Positions 8,962 through 18,692 of a stretch of 64,000 nt of DNA are shown here, piece by piece. The DNA is from an uncultured Candidatus Rokubacteria bacterium. Its GTDB lineage: Bacteria; Methylomirabilota; Methylomirabilia; Rokubacteriales; DASRDR01. A program made the translations under genes and the position numbers. A model generated the notes under the pieces. It searched no databases. It worked only from the letters and a program-made list of their open reading frames with translations, and was not told the origin of the DNA. Numbering within the stretch: position 1 is the stretch's first letter; each line of letters starts with the position of its first letter. Where the stretch lies: contig CAVPSB010000015.1 of assembly GCA_963708025.1 (NCBI GenBank), forward strand, positions 288,001 through 352,000, written 5' to 3'.

Positions 8962-10572
8962 ATGAATCGAAGCCGCATCGTCGCGGTCGCCGGCGCCGTG
9001 CTGGCCGTGGCGCTCGTGCTCCCCTCCGACCCGGCCACCGGGCAGGCCCCCAAGTCGGGCGGCTTGCTGAACGTCATGCAGCGCGAAGACCCGCCGCAGG
9101 GGTTCTCGATCCACGAGACGTTGACGATCTCCTCGGTGTGGCCGGCGATGCCGTGCTTCAACAACCTCGTGCTCTTCGACCCGCTGAAGAAGCAGGAGAG
9201 CATGGACACGGTCGTCGGCGACCTGGCCGAGAAGTGGGCCTGGCAGGACGGCGGCCGGAACCTCGTCTTCTTCCTTCGCAAGGGCGTGAAGTGGCACGAC
9301 GGCCAGCCCTTCACCTCCAAGGACGTGAAGTTCACCTTCGACGTGCTCCGGGAGACCCCGGACGCCCAGGGCAAGCTGCGGCTCAACCCGCGGAAGGACT
9401 GGTACGCCACCGTGGAGGCCGTCGAGGCCCCCGACCCGCACACCGTGGTGTTCCGCCTCAAGCGGCCGCAGCCCTCGCTCCTCCTGATGCTCGCCTCCGG
9501 CTACACCCCGATCTACGCGGCCCACGTGCCGCCCGCCGCCTACCGGACCGGCTGCGTCGGGACCGGTCCGTTCAAGCTCAAGGAGTGGCGGCAGGGCGAG
9601 TACATCGACTTCGTGAAGAACCCGGACTACTTCGTCAAGGGTCGCCCGTACCTCGACGGCCTCCGCTACGTGCCGATCCCGGAGCGGGGGACGAAGTTCG
9701 CCGCGCTCCAGGCCGGGCGCCTGGACGTCGCGTTCCCGGGGGACGCGACCAAGACGATCGCCGAGCAGGTCACCAAGGCCGAGCCCCGGATCAAGGTGAC
9801 GATCGCCGCCCAGAACGTCAACGACAACATGCTGCTGAACGCCACCAAGCCGCCATTCAACGACGTCAAGGTCCGGCGGGCCATCAGCCTGGCCATCGAT
9901 CGGCGGGCGGCCGTCCAGGCCGTGCACCAGGGCGGCGCGATCGTCGGGGCCTCGATGGCGCCCAAGCCGCACGGCGTGTGGGGGCTCCTCGACCGTGACC
10001 TGGCCCGCCTCCCCGGCTACGGCAAGCCGGCCGACGAGAAGGCGCAGGCCCGGAAGCTCCTGGCCGAGGCGGGCCACGGCCCCCAGAACCCGCTGCGGCT
10101 GGAGTTGGCCACCCGGAACATCCCCATCTACATCGACTTCGCGTCGTTCGTGATCAACGAGCTGAAGCAGATCGGGGTGGAGGCCACGCTCAAGCAGATC
10201 GAGACCGCCCAGTGGCATCCGCTGGCCACCCGCAAGGAGTACCAGGCGGCGCCCAACCTGACTGGCATCGGGGCCGACGACCCCGACGCCAACTTCTACG
10301 AGAACTACGCCTGCGGGTCCCCGCGCAACTACACCGGGTACTGCGACGAGCAGGTCATGAAGCTGATCGACCAGCAGTCGGCCGAGCAGGATGCGAAGAA
10401 GCGCCTGGAGCTGGTCGCCCAGATCCAGACGAAGCTGGAGGAGGACGCGGCGCGGCCCACGATCGACTGGCGACTCGACTACTACCTCCAGTGGGAGCAC
10501 GTGAAGAACCTGGTCCCGCACCAGTCGATCTACAACTGGGGCCGCATGCAGGAGGTCTGGCTGGACAAGTAG
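8962..10572 (+). CDS. Peptide/nickel ABC transporter substrate-binding protein (family 5)
   Basis: Signal peptide; LRKGVKWHDGQPFTSKDVKFTF, VGTGPFKL, PFNDVKVRRAISLAIDR. Confidence 0.95.
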   Translation: MNRSRIVAVAGAVLAVALVLPSDPATGQAPKSGGLLNVMQREDPPQGFSIHETLTISSVWPAMPCFNNLVLFDPLKKQESMDTVVGDLAEKWAWQDGGRNLVFFLRKGVKWHDGQPFTSKDVKFTFDVLRETPDAQGKLRLNPRKDWYATVEAVEAPDPHTVVFRLKRPQPSLLLMLASGYTPIYAAHVPPAAYRTGCVGTGPFKLKEWRQGEYIDFVKNPDYFVKGRPYLDGLRYVPIPERGTKFAALQAGRLDVAFPGDATKTIAEQVTKAEPRIKVTIAAQNVNDNMLLNATKPPFNDVKVRRAISLAIDRRAAVQAVHQGGAIVGASMAPKPHGVWGLLDRDLARLPGYGKPADEKAQARKLLAEAGHGPQNPLRLELATRNIPIYIDFASFVINELKQIGVEATLKQIETAQWHPLATRKEYQAAPNLTGIGADDPDANFYENYACGSPRNYTGYCDEQVMKLIDQQSAEQDAKKRLELVAQIQTKLEEDAARPTIDWRLDYYLQWEHVKNLVPHQSIYNWGRMQEVWLDK

Positions 10573-10635
10573 GGTCGACGGCCGCGCGGCCAGGGCGCCG
10601 CGCCCTCGCCCTGCCGTCCCCGGGGGGGTTCCACC

Positions 10636-11589
10636 ACGCGCACCTACCTCGCCCGTCGCCTCGGCATCGCCGTCGTGACGCTCTTCGGCATGTCGGTGGT
10701 GATCTTCCTCCTGCTCCGGGTGGCGCCGGGCAACATCGTCGACATCCTCTTCTCGGCCGGTGGCTACGTCAGCGAATCCGACAAGGCGCAGATCATGAAG
10801 GAGCTGGGGATCGATCGGCCGCTGTGGGCCCAGTACACCGAGTGGATCCGCCAGCTGGCGAGCGGGCACCTCGGCAAGTCGTATCGCTACGACATCCCGG
10901 CCTGGCAGATCATCCGCCCGCTCATCCCGGTGACCGTGGAGCTGGCCGTCCTGTCCACCATCATCGCGGTCCTCCTCGGCGTGCCGACGGGGGTGGTGAG
11001 CGCGGTCCGCCAGGACGGCGCGCTCGACTACGCGATCCGGATCTTCTCGCTGGCGGGGCTGTCCATGCCGTCGTTCTGGCTCGGGATGGTGATCATCCTG
11101 GCCCTGGTGGCCTGGCTCGGGTGGATCCCGCCGATGACCTACATCGGGCCGACCGAGAACTTCAAGATCCACCTCGTCCAGTTCCTGCTCCCCGCCCTGG
11201 CCGTCGGCTACCGCTCGTCGGCGCTCATCACGCGCATCACGCGCTCGGCGCTCCTGGAGGTGCTCCGCGAGGACTACGTCCGGACCGCCTACGCGAAGGG
11301 CCAGCGCGGGCGGGTGGTGATCTGGCACCACGCGCTGAAGAACGCGATGCTGCCCGTCATCACCGTGATCGGGATCGAGTTCGCGTTCCTGATCGGTGGT
11401 CTCGTCGTCACCGAGACCGTCTTCAACCTGCCCGGCGTCGCCCGATTCCTGGTGCAGGCGATCCTCTGGCGGGACTACCCGGTCGTGCAGAGCCTGGTCA
11501 TGTTCATCGCGGTCGTCGTGATCCTGTCGAATCTGGCGGTCAACATGCTGTACGGGGTTCTGGACCCGCGCGTCCGTTATGGCGGTTAG
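10636..11589 (+). CDS. Peptide/nickel ABC transporter permease (DppB-like), apparent ACG start
   Basis: (T)RTYLARRLGIAVVTLFG N-terminus; EDYVRTAYAKG, HALKNA, TETVFNLPG. Confidence 0.9.
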   Translation, partial: TRTYLARRLGIAVVTLFGMSVVIFLLLRVAPGNIVDILFSAGGYVSESDKAQIMKELGIDRPLWAQYTEWIRQLASGHLGKSYRYDIPAWQIIRPLIPVTVELAVLSTIIAVLLGVPTGVVSAVRQDGALDYAIRIFSLAGLSMPSFWLGMVIILALVAWLGWIPPMTYIGPTENFKIHLVQFLLPALAVGYRSSALITRITRSALLEVLREDYVRTAYAKGQRGRVVIWHHALKNAMLPVITVIGIEFAFLIGGLVVTETVFNLPGVARFLVQAILWRDYPVVQSLVMFIAVVVILSNLAVNMLYGVLDPRVRYGG

Positions 11590-12481
11590 GCCGATCGACC
11601 GCGGTCTCGACCTGGCGCTGCCGGCCCGGCCCCGGTCCCGCTGGGCGAGCGGGCTCGCGCGCTTCTGCCGGAAGAAGCCGCTGGGCGCGGCCGGTGGATT
11701 CCTCATGGCGGCGATGCTGCTGACCGCCCTCTTCGCCGGCGTGCTCGCCACCCACGATCCGATCGCCACCGATGCTGCCCACACGCTGGCTCGCCCCGGC
11801 CCCGCGCACTGGCTCGGCTCCGACCATCTCGGCCGCGACATCTACTCCCGGATCGTCCACGGCGCCCGGGTCTCGCTCATCGTCGGCCTGGCCTCCATGG
11901 TGCTGGGTTCCGTGGCCGGTGGGATCATCGGGCTCCTCTCCGGCTACGCCGGCGGGACCGTCGATCTCGTGATCCAGCGCGTCCTGGACATCCTGCAGGG
12001 ATTGCCGCTGCTGGTGCTGGCCCTCGTCATGTCGGCGGCGCTGGGGCCGTCCATCCACAACGTCGTCCTGGCGATCTCGATTCCGATCATCCCGCGCGCG
12101 GCGCGGGTCGTCCGCGCCAGCGTGCTCACGATCCGGGAGATGCAGTACATCGAGGCGGCCCGGGGACTCGGCCTCCGCCATCTGCGGATCGCGTTCCGCC
12201 ACGTCATGCCCAACACCGTCGGTCCATTCATCGTCCTGTGCACGGCCCAGCTCGGCAGCGCGATCCTGGTCGAGGCGGCGCTGTCCTTCCTGGGCCTCGG
12301 GGTGCCCGAGCCCTACCCGTCGTGGGGTCGCATGCTCTCGGTGTCGGCGGCGGAGTACGCGCAGAAGGCCCCGCACCTGGTGCTCTTCCCGGGCGCCGCC
12401 ATCAGCCTGGCCGTCTTCGGCTCCAATCTCCTGGGGGACGCGCTGCGGGACAGCCTGGATCCACGGCTCCGCGGCGCATGA
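11579..12481 (+). CDS. Peptide/nickel ABC transporter permease (DppC-like)
   Basis: HWLGSDHLGRDIYSRIVHGARVSL, YIEAARGLG, EAALSFLGLG. Confidence 0.95.
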   Translation: MAVRPIDRGLDLALPARPRSRWASGLARFCRKKPLGAAGGFLMAAMLLTALFAGVLATHDPIATDAAHTLARPGPAHWLGSDHLGRDIYSRIVHGARVSLIVGLASMVLGSVAGGIIGLLSGYAGGTVDLVIQRVLDILQGLPLLVLALVMSAALGPSIHNVVLAISIPIIPRAARVVRASVLTIREMQYIEAARGLGLRHLRIAFRHVMPNTVGPFIVLCTAQLGSAILVEAALSFLGLGVPEPYPSWGRMLSVSAAEYAQKAPHLVLFPGAAISLAVFGSNLLGDALRDSLDPRLRGA

Positions 12482-12518
12482 GGACGAAATGCGAGAATCG
12501 GCTGCGGGCGTGACGACC

Positions 12519-12983
12519 ATGCCGGATGCTCCACCCTCGGTCCGGGATCTGCCGGTGCCTCAACGGGTGGCGATCGCGACGCTGTTCCAGGAGATCCTGG
12601 CCACCCAAAGTGAGCTCGCCCACCTGTACGGCCGCTTCGCCGAGCGGACGCCGATCGCCCCCCTGCGAGCCGCGCTGGAGGAGCTGACCCGGGAGAAGGA
12701 AGCCCAGGTGACCGCGCTGGCGCGTCTGGCGCCGGTGCTGGCCGAAGACGGGGCCGAGGCGCCGGTCGAGCCGTCCCGGCCGGGTCCGCGGGACGCCGGC
12801 GTCGCGCAGCGCTCCGACCTGTTCACCCGGGCCTTCCAGGCCGAGCGGACCCTGGAGGGGGGGTACCGGGAGCTGCTGGTGCTCCTGGGCAGCCAGGCCG
12901 TCCGTTCGGAGGTGGCCGGGCTGTTCCAGGCCTCCGCCCGGCACCGCAACCTCCTCCGGACGCTCTACCTCTGGTACTCCTAG
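12519..12983 (+). CDS. Ferritin-like four-helix-bundle hypothetical protein
   Basis: Two similar helical halves (QSELAHLY...LTREKEAQ / AERTLEGGY...ASARH) joined by a Pro-rich linker. Confidence 0.6.
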   Translation: MPDAPPSVRDLPVPQRVAIATLFQEILATQSELAHLYGRFAERTPIAPLRAALEELTREKEAQVTALARLAPVLAEDGAEAPVEPSRPGPRDAGVAQRSDLFTRAFQAERTLEGGYRELLVLLGSQAVRSEVAGLFQASARHRNLLRTLYLWYS

Positions 12984-13091
12984 CCCGCTTTTCCGCCGGC
13001 CCCAGCTGAGGTACTGCCGGTCCCGTAGCCCACCACCGGTTGTTTTCCTGCCAATCCCCGTTTTTTTCTTTTTCGAACGCCATTTTTCCCC

Positions 13092-13166
13092 TTGACACGG
13101 CCTTTCCGACCTTTGTAGCATGGGCCCCACAAAGTGGGATGAAGTGGGATGAACTGGCAGGGTGGC
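13092..13166 (+). promoter_or_regulatory. dcw (Pmra) promoter with MraZ-binding direct repeats
   Basis: T-tract upstream; TTGACA 13092-13097, 18 bp spacer, TAGCAT 13116-13121; AAGTGGGATG repeated with 10-bp period plus degenerate copies, matching known GTGGG-type MraZ boxes. Confidence 0.85.
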
Positions 13167-13233
13167 CCATGGCCGAGCCATCCGAGCCCTGCCGCAGGCG
13201 GTGGGTGGGAGACGCGGGGGAGGGGGACAGGGC

Positions 13234-13674
13234 GTGTTCCGGGGGCGGTATCAGCACACGATCGACCCCAAGGGGCGGCTCAGCATCCCGGCCAAGTTCC
13301 GGGAGGAGCTGAGCGAGCGCGCCGTCGACACGCTCGTGCTGACGGAGGGTGACCACTGCATCGTGGCGTATCCCATGGACGAGTGGGAGCGGTTCGAGGA
13401 GCGGCTGCGACAGCAGCCCCAGCAGTCGCGCGAGATGCGCGATTTCCTCCGCGTGTCCGTGGGGAGCGCGAAGGATTGCCCCGTGGACAAGGCGGGGCGC
13501 ACGCTCGTCCCGCTGGAGCTGCGCGAATTCGCGGGACTCCACAAGGACGTGATCATCGCCGGCGCGCTCAACAAGTTCGAGATCTGGAACCGTGACCGGT
13601 GGAACGATCACTATCAGCGGGCGCGCGTCAGCTACGACGACAACGCGAAGAAGCTGAGCGAGCACGGGCTGTGA
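13234..13674 (+). CDS. mraZ: Division/cell wall cluster transcriptional repressor MraZ
   Basis: MFRGRYQHTIDPKGRLSIPAKFR and second DKAGR motif. Confidence 0.97.
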   Translation: MFRGRYQHTIDPKGRLSIPAKFREELSERAVDTLVLTEGDHCIVAYPMDEWERFEERLRQQPQQSREMRDFLRVSVGSAKDCPVDKAGRTLVPLELREFAGLHKDVIIAGALNKFEIWNRDRWNDHYQRARVSYDDNAKKLSEHGL

Positions 13675-14594
13675 ACGCGATCCCGAGCGCGAATGCCAAC
13701 ACGCTGGCCGAGCTGCATCGGCCCGTGCTCCGCGACGAGGTCGTGGGCTGGCTCGGATCGGTGCCGCCCGGTGGCTGGATCGTGGACGGCACGGTGGGCC
13801 TGGCCGGTCACGCGATCGCGCTCCTGGAGCGGGCGGCCGAGGCGCGGCTCCTCGGGCTGGACCGCGACGGAGAGACGCTCGACCTGGCCGCGCGCCGGCT
13901 CGCCCGCTTCGGCGCGCGAGTGGTCCTCCGCCGCGCCGACTTCCGCCACCTGGCGGAGGAGGCGGCGGCGTGTGGCGTCGAGGCGGCGCACGCGGTCCTC
14001 CTCGACCTCGGGCTGTCCTCCTATCAGCTCATGCGGGCGGGCCGCGGCTTCTCCTTCCAGGTCGACGAGCCGCTCGACATGCGGTTCGACGACCGGCAGC
14101 GGCTCACGGCGGCCGACCTCCTCCGCACGACGCCAGAGCCCGAGCTCGCCCAGCTGCTCGCGACCTACGGCGAGGAGCCGGCGGCCCGGCGCATCGCGCG
14201 GCGGCTCGTCTCCGCCCGCTCGCGGGCGCCGATCACGACCACGGGGGCGCTGGCCGAGCTGGTCGCGGCGGCGATCCCCCCGCACCGGCGGCCTCGCCGG
14301 ATCCATCCCGCCACCCGGACGTTCCAGGCGCTCCGGATCGCCGTCAACGACGAGCTGGGCAGCCTGGAGGCGGCCCTGCCGCAGGGCGCCGGACTCCTGG
14401 CGCCCCGCGGCCGCCTCGCCGTGATCGCCTTTCACTCACTGGAAGATCGCCTCGTCAAGCGCGCGTTCCGACGCCTGGCCGCCGAGCCGGGGTTCCAGGT
14501 GGCCACGCCGAAGCCGATCGGGCCGAGCGAGGACGAGATGCGCGACAACCCCCGCGCCCGGAGTGCCAAGCTACGGGTGCTGGAACGAAGCTGA
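13671..14594 (+). CDS. rsmH: 16S rRNA m4C1402 methyltransferase
   Basis: HRPVL, DGTVGLAGH, DLGLSSYQL, PLDMR, HPATRTFQALRIAVN, FHSLEDR, NPRARSAKLR. Confidence 0.97.
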   Translation: MNAIPSANANTLAELHRPVLRDEVVGWLGSVPPGGWIVDGTVGLAGHAIALLERAAEARLLGLDRDGETLDLAARRLARFGARVVLRRADFRHLAEEAAACGVEAAHAVLLDLGLSSYQLMRAGRGFSFQVDEPLDMRFDDRQRLTAADLLRTTPEPELAQLLATYGEEPAARRIARRLVSARSRAPITTTGALAELVAAAIPPHRRPRRIHPATRTFQALRIAVNDELGSLEAALPQGAGLLAPRGRLAVIAFHSLEDRLVKRAFRRLAAEPGFQVATPKPIGPSEDEMRDNPRARSAKLRVLERS

Positions 14595-14676
14595 GGAGAG
14601 CCATGACAGGCCCGGGAAACTCGACGGCCGACAGTTCCGGGCCCGCCGGGTTTACGAGCGGGAGCTGAGGAGAGCA

Positions 14677-15096
14677 ATGACAGGGCTCATGCACGACCAG
14701 ACCTCATCCGTGATCCGGGAGCGCGATCACCGGCGCTTGCGCGCGATGGCGGGCGTGCTCTGTCTCGGCGGCCTCCTCGTGGGCGGCGTGCTCGGGTACG
14801 TGTGGCTGCACGTGCAGCGGGTCCGGGTCTCCTACGAGCTGGAGGACCTCCGATCGCTGCGGGCCGAGGTGGAGGAGCAGAACAAGAAACTCCGTCTCGA
14901 GTTGTCCTCGCTCCGCTCGTTCGCGCGGGTGGATTCGGCGGCCCGCCGGCTCGGCCTCACCGAGCCGGCGCGCGACCAGGTGCGGCTGGCCCGCGAGTTC
15001 GTGACGCCGGAGAAGTCCGATCCGCTGGCGGCGGTCGACGCTTTCCACACGGCGGCCAGGGACGCGGGCATCCTTCCGCTCCCGATGCGCCCCTGA
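14677..15096 (+). CDS. ftsL: Cell division protein FtsL
   Basis: Single TM helix plus leucine-zipper coiled coil, located between rsmH and ftsI. Confidence 0.85.
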   Translation: MTGLMHDQTSSVIRERDHRRLRAMAGVLCLGGLLVGGVLGYVWLHVQRVRVSYELEDLRSLRAEVEEQNKKLRLELSSLRSFARVDSAARRLGLTEPARDQVRLAREFVTPEKSDPLAAVDAFHTAARDAGILPLPMRP

Positions 15097-15115
15097 CCGA
15101 CATGACCAGGGTGGT

Positions 15116-17112
15116 ATGAGGGAGACTTCGCGACTTCGGACTCGCGCGCTCATCCTCACCGGCGTCCTCGTCGCCGTCCACGTCGCGGTCGTCATCCGCC
15201 TCGGCCACCTCCAGCTCCTGCGCAAGGACGAGCTGTCCCGCTTCGCCGAGCGCCAGTACTCGAAGGCGATCCCGCTCAAGCCCCGGCGCGGCCCCATCGT
15301 CGACCGCAACGGCCAGGTCCTCGCCATCTCCGGCGAGGTCGAGTCCGTGTTCGCCGACCCGCGCCGGATCCCCGATCGCGCCGCGCTGGCCGCTCGCCTG
15401 GCGCCCGTGGCTCGGGGAGCGGCCCCGGGAGATCGAGGAGCGCCTGGCCAGCGACCGCCCGTTCGTCTGGCTGAAGCGCAAGCTCCCGCCGTCGGCCGTC
15501 CAGCCGATCCGGGCCCTCGGCCTGCCCGGCATCGGGCTGCTTCCCGAGTCGCTCCGCTTCTACCCGAACCGCGAGCTGGCCGCCCACGTCCTCGGCTTCG
15601 AGGGCGTGGACGACCGGGGACTGGAAGGCGTCGAGCTGGCCTACGACCGGCTGCTCGCCGGGAGACGCCGGGCTGGCCCTCGTCGAGCGGGACGCTCTCG
15701 GACGCGACGTGAGCGCGGAGCCGCGGATCCTGAAGGCCCCCAGCCCCGGCCAGGGCCTCGTCCTCACCCTGGACGCGGCCATCCAGTACATCACCGAGCG
15801 CGAGCTGGACGCGGTGTGGCGCCAGACCGGCGCGCGGGCCGGCATGATCCTGGCCATGGACCCCCGCACCGGGGAGATCCTCGCCATGGCCATCCGCCCG
15901 ACGTTCAATCCCAACGCCTACCAGGCCGCCACCTCCGAGCAGTGGCGGAACCGCGCCATCACCGACCCGTTCGAGCCGGGCTCCACCTTCAAGGCGATCC
16001 TCGCCGCGGCCGCGCTCGAGGAGGGGGTGGCCCGGCCCGACGACCGGTTCTACGGCGAGCAGGGCGTCATCACCATCGCCAACCGGGCCATCCACGACTG
16101 GAAGCGCTACGGCTGGCTCTCGTTCCGGGAGGTGCTCCAGTTCTCGTCGAACGTGGGGGCGATCAAGGTCGGCCTCACGCTCGGCCGGGACCGCTACTAC
16201 AAGCACATCCAGGCCTTCGGCTTCGGGAGCCCGACCGGCCTCGGCCTCCCGGGTGAGAGCCGGGGCCAGCTGCGGCCCCCCCAGCGGTGGTCCGGGCTCT
16301 CGCTGGCCTCCATGTCGATCGGCCAGGAGATCTCGGTCACCGCGCTCCAGATCCTGGCCGCCTTCGCCGCCATCGCCAACGACGGCCGGCTCATGCAGCC
16401 CCAGATCGTCCGGGCGGTCCTGGACGCGAACGGACACGAGGTGCGGCGGTTTCCGCCGCAGCCGGTGCGCCAGGTGGTCTCCCCGGAGACCGCCGCGACG
16501 CTCCGGGCGATCCTGACGGCGGTGGTGGCCCAGGGGACGGGGCGCCGGGCGGCGATTCCCGGCTACGCGGTGGCCGGCAAGACCGGCACCGCCCAGAAGC
16601 TCGACCCGGTCGCGCGCGTCTATTCACGCAAGCCCGGCGTGCTCTCGTTCGTGGGCTTCGTGCCCGCCGAGGATCCCCGCCTGGCCATGCTGATCATGCT
16701 CGACGAGCCCAAGACGGTGGCCTGGGGATCCGAGGCGGCGGCGCCCGTGTTCGCGGCGGTGGCGGCGCCGATCCTGCGCCATCTCGGGATCTCGCCCTCC
16801 GACCTGCCCTCGGTCCAGCTCCTGCGGACGAGCCTCGGCGCGGCCGCTCCGGACGCCGGGGCAGCCGGCGGCCCGGCGCTCGGGGAGCCGGAGGCCGGCG
16901 GGGTGATGCCCGATCTCATCGGCCGGAGCCTCCGGCAGGCCCTCGTTCTCCTGGCCGGGGACGATATCGAGCTGACGGTGGTCGGGCGAGGGTTGGTGGT
17001 CCGTCAGACGCCCGCCCCCGGGACGCCGCTCGGTCCGGGCACCGCCTGCCGGCTGGAGCTGTCGCCGCCGGGCACCGGCCCCGGCCCGGCCGCGAAGGGA
17101 TCGGCGCTGTGA
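15116..17112 (+). CDS. ftsI: Class B penicillin-binding protein FtsI with PASTA domain (two +1 frameshifts, about 15410 and 15661)
   Basis: RGPIVDRNG, RFYP, GLEGVELAYD, STFK, SSN, KTGTAQK; removing one G at each site restores a continuous frame. Confidence 0.93.
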
Positions 17113-18692
17113 GCTCCGCCGGCGGCCGCACGGTTCAGCTGGCCGATCTGTTGCGCGTCCTGCCCGAGCGAACGCTGGCCGGCCCGCTGCCGGCCGAGGT
17201 GCGCGGCATGACCGACGACTCCCGGCGCGTGGAGGCGGGAGGCTGCTTCGTCGCGGTTCGCGGCCTCCGCGTCGACGGCCGTGGCTTCATCCCGCAGGCC
17301 GTGGAGCGAGGCGCCTGCGCGATCGTGGCCGAGCCCCCCGATCCGCTTCCCGGCCGGGCGGTCGGGCGCATTCTCGTCCCCGACAGCCGGTGGGCGCTTC
17401 CCCGGCTGGCCGACGCCTACTTCGGCCATCCTTCCCGGGCGCTCGTCGTCGTCGGCGTGACCGGGACGAACGGGAAGACCACGACCTCGTATCTCGTCGA
17501 GGCGCTTCTGCGGGCGCGCGGGCTCGAGACCGGGGTGATCGGCACCATCCAGTACGCCGGTGGCGGCGTGGCCCGGGAGGCGAGTCAGACGACCCCGGAG
17601 GCCCTCGAGCTGCAGGGCCTGCTGGCCGAGATGGTGGCCGCCGGCGTGGGCGGCGTGGCGATGGAGGTCTCCTCGCATGCCCTCGAGCAGCGGCGGGTTG
17701 ACGGGATCGCGTACGACGTCGCGATCTTCACCAACCTGACGCAGGACCACCTGGACTTTCACGGGACGATGGAGCGCTACGCCCAGGCCAAGGCGCGCCT
17801 GTTCTTCGAGCTGCTCCGGGACGGCGGCAAGCCCCGGGCCACCGCGGTGCTGAACGCCGACGACCCCGTCGGCGCGGAGTGGGCGCAGCGCCTGGCGGCC
17901 GAGGGGCGAGCGCGCGTGCTGACCTTCGGGCTTGGCGGGCTTGGCGGGCTTGGCGGGCTCGGCCGCCTCGGGTCCGAACCCACCGTGCGCCCGCGCGCCT
18001 GGGAGTCGGCCCTTGACGGGATCCGGCTCGAGGCCGCGACGCCGGCCGGCGTCGTCACCCTGCGCTCCCCGCTGATCGGCGAGCACAACGTCCTGAACCT
18101 GCTGGGGGCGGTGGCGACCGGGGTGGCGCTCGGGCTCGGCCCCGCCACGATCGCGCGGGCGCTCGGCGCGGTGGCGGCGGTGCCCGGCCGCTTCGAGCGG
18201 GTGAACGCGGGCCAGGACTTCCTGGTCGTGGTCGACTACGCCCACACGCCGGACGCGCTCACCCGGGTGCTGGAGACGGCGCGCCGGCTCACGCCGGGTC
18301 GCCTGGGCGTGGTGTTTGGCGCCGGTGGCGACCGGGACCGTGGGAAGCGGCCGATCATGGGCCGCATCGCCGCCGAGTTGGCCGACCGCGTGTGGCTGAC
18401 GTCCGACAACCCCCGGTCCGAGGACCCCCGCGCGATCCTCGAGGAGATCTCCGTAGGAGTGGTGCCCCTTCTCCCCGGCGGCTATACTAGTCATCCCGAT
18501 CGACGAGAGGCGATTCGCGACGCGCTGGGCTGGGCCCGGGCGGGCGATACGCTCGTCATCGCGGGGAAGGGCCACGAGACGTACCAGATCATCGGGGCGC
18601 AGGTTCTCCCCTTCGACGACCGCCAGGTAGTCCGCGACATCCTCGCCGGCCGCCCCCAGGCGTCACGACCACACGAAGGATCACGGGGGTGA
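17109..18692 (+). CDS. murE: UDP-MurNAc-tripeptide synthetase (meso-DAP type)
   Basis: GVTGTNGKTT, MEVSSHAL, NLTQDHLDFH, DYAHTPDAL, DNPR. Confidence 0.97.
   Translation: MSSAGGRTVQLADLLRVLPERTLAGPLPAEVRGMTDDSRRVEAGGCFVAVRGLRVDGRGFIPQAVERGACAIVAEPPDPLPGRAVGRILVPDSRWALPRLADAYFGHPSRALVVVGVTGTNGKTTTSYLVEALLRARGLETGVIGTIQYAGGGVAREASQTTPEALELQGLLAEMVAAGVGGVAMEVSSHALEQRRVDGIAYDVAIFTNLTQDHLDFHGTMERYAQAKARLFFELLRDGGKPRATAVLNADDPVGAEWAQRLAAEGRARVLTFGLGGLGGLGGLGRLGSEPTVRPRAWESALDGIRLEAATPAGVVTLRSPLIGEHNVLNLLGAVATGVALGLGPATIARALGAVAAVPGRFERVNAGQDFLVVVDYAHTPDALTRVLETARRLTPGRLGVVFGAGGDRDRGKRPIMGRIAAELADRVWLTSDNPRSEDPRAILEEISVGVVPLLPGGYTSHPDRREAIRDALGWARAGDTLVIAGKGHETYQIIGAQVLPFDDRQVVRDILAGRPQASRPHEGSRG
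17928..17963 (+). repeat. In-frame 9-bp tandem repeat (GGGCTTGGC)x3 plus one variant, inside murE
   Basis: Encodes GLGGLGGLGGLG. Confidence 0.85.

Noticed and set aside
8920-11841. Very long antisense or alternate-frame ORFs (also 21060-23900, 38773-41679, 46853-49696)
   Set aside because: Shadow ORFs typical of high-GC DNA overlapping well-supported genes.
12984-13233. rnpB or another RNA gene upstream of mraZ
   Set aside because: No GAGGAAAGTCC core; the region is explained by the promoter and MraZ boxes.
15405-15665. ftsI pseudogene or programmed frameshifting
   Set aside because: Catalytic motifs are intact, no slippery heptamer is present, and the same indel pattern occurs in unrelated genes.
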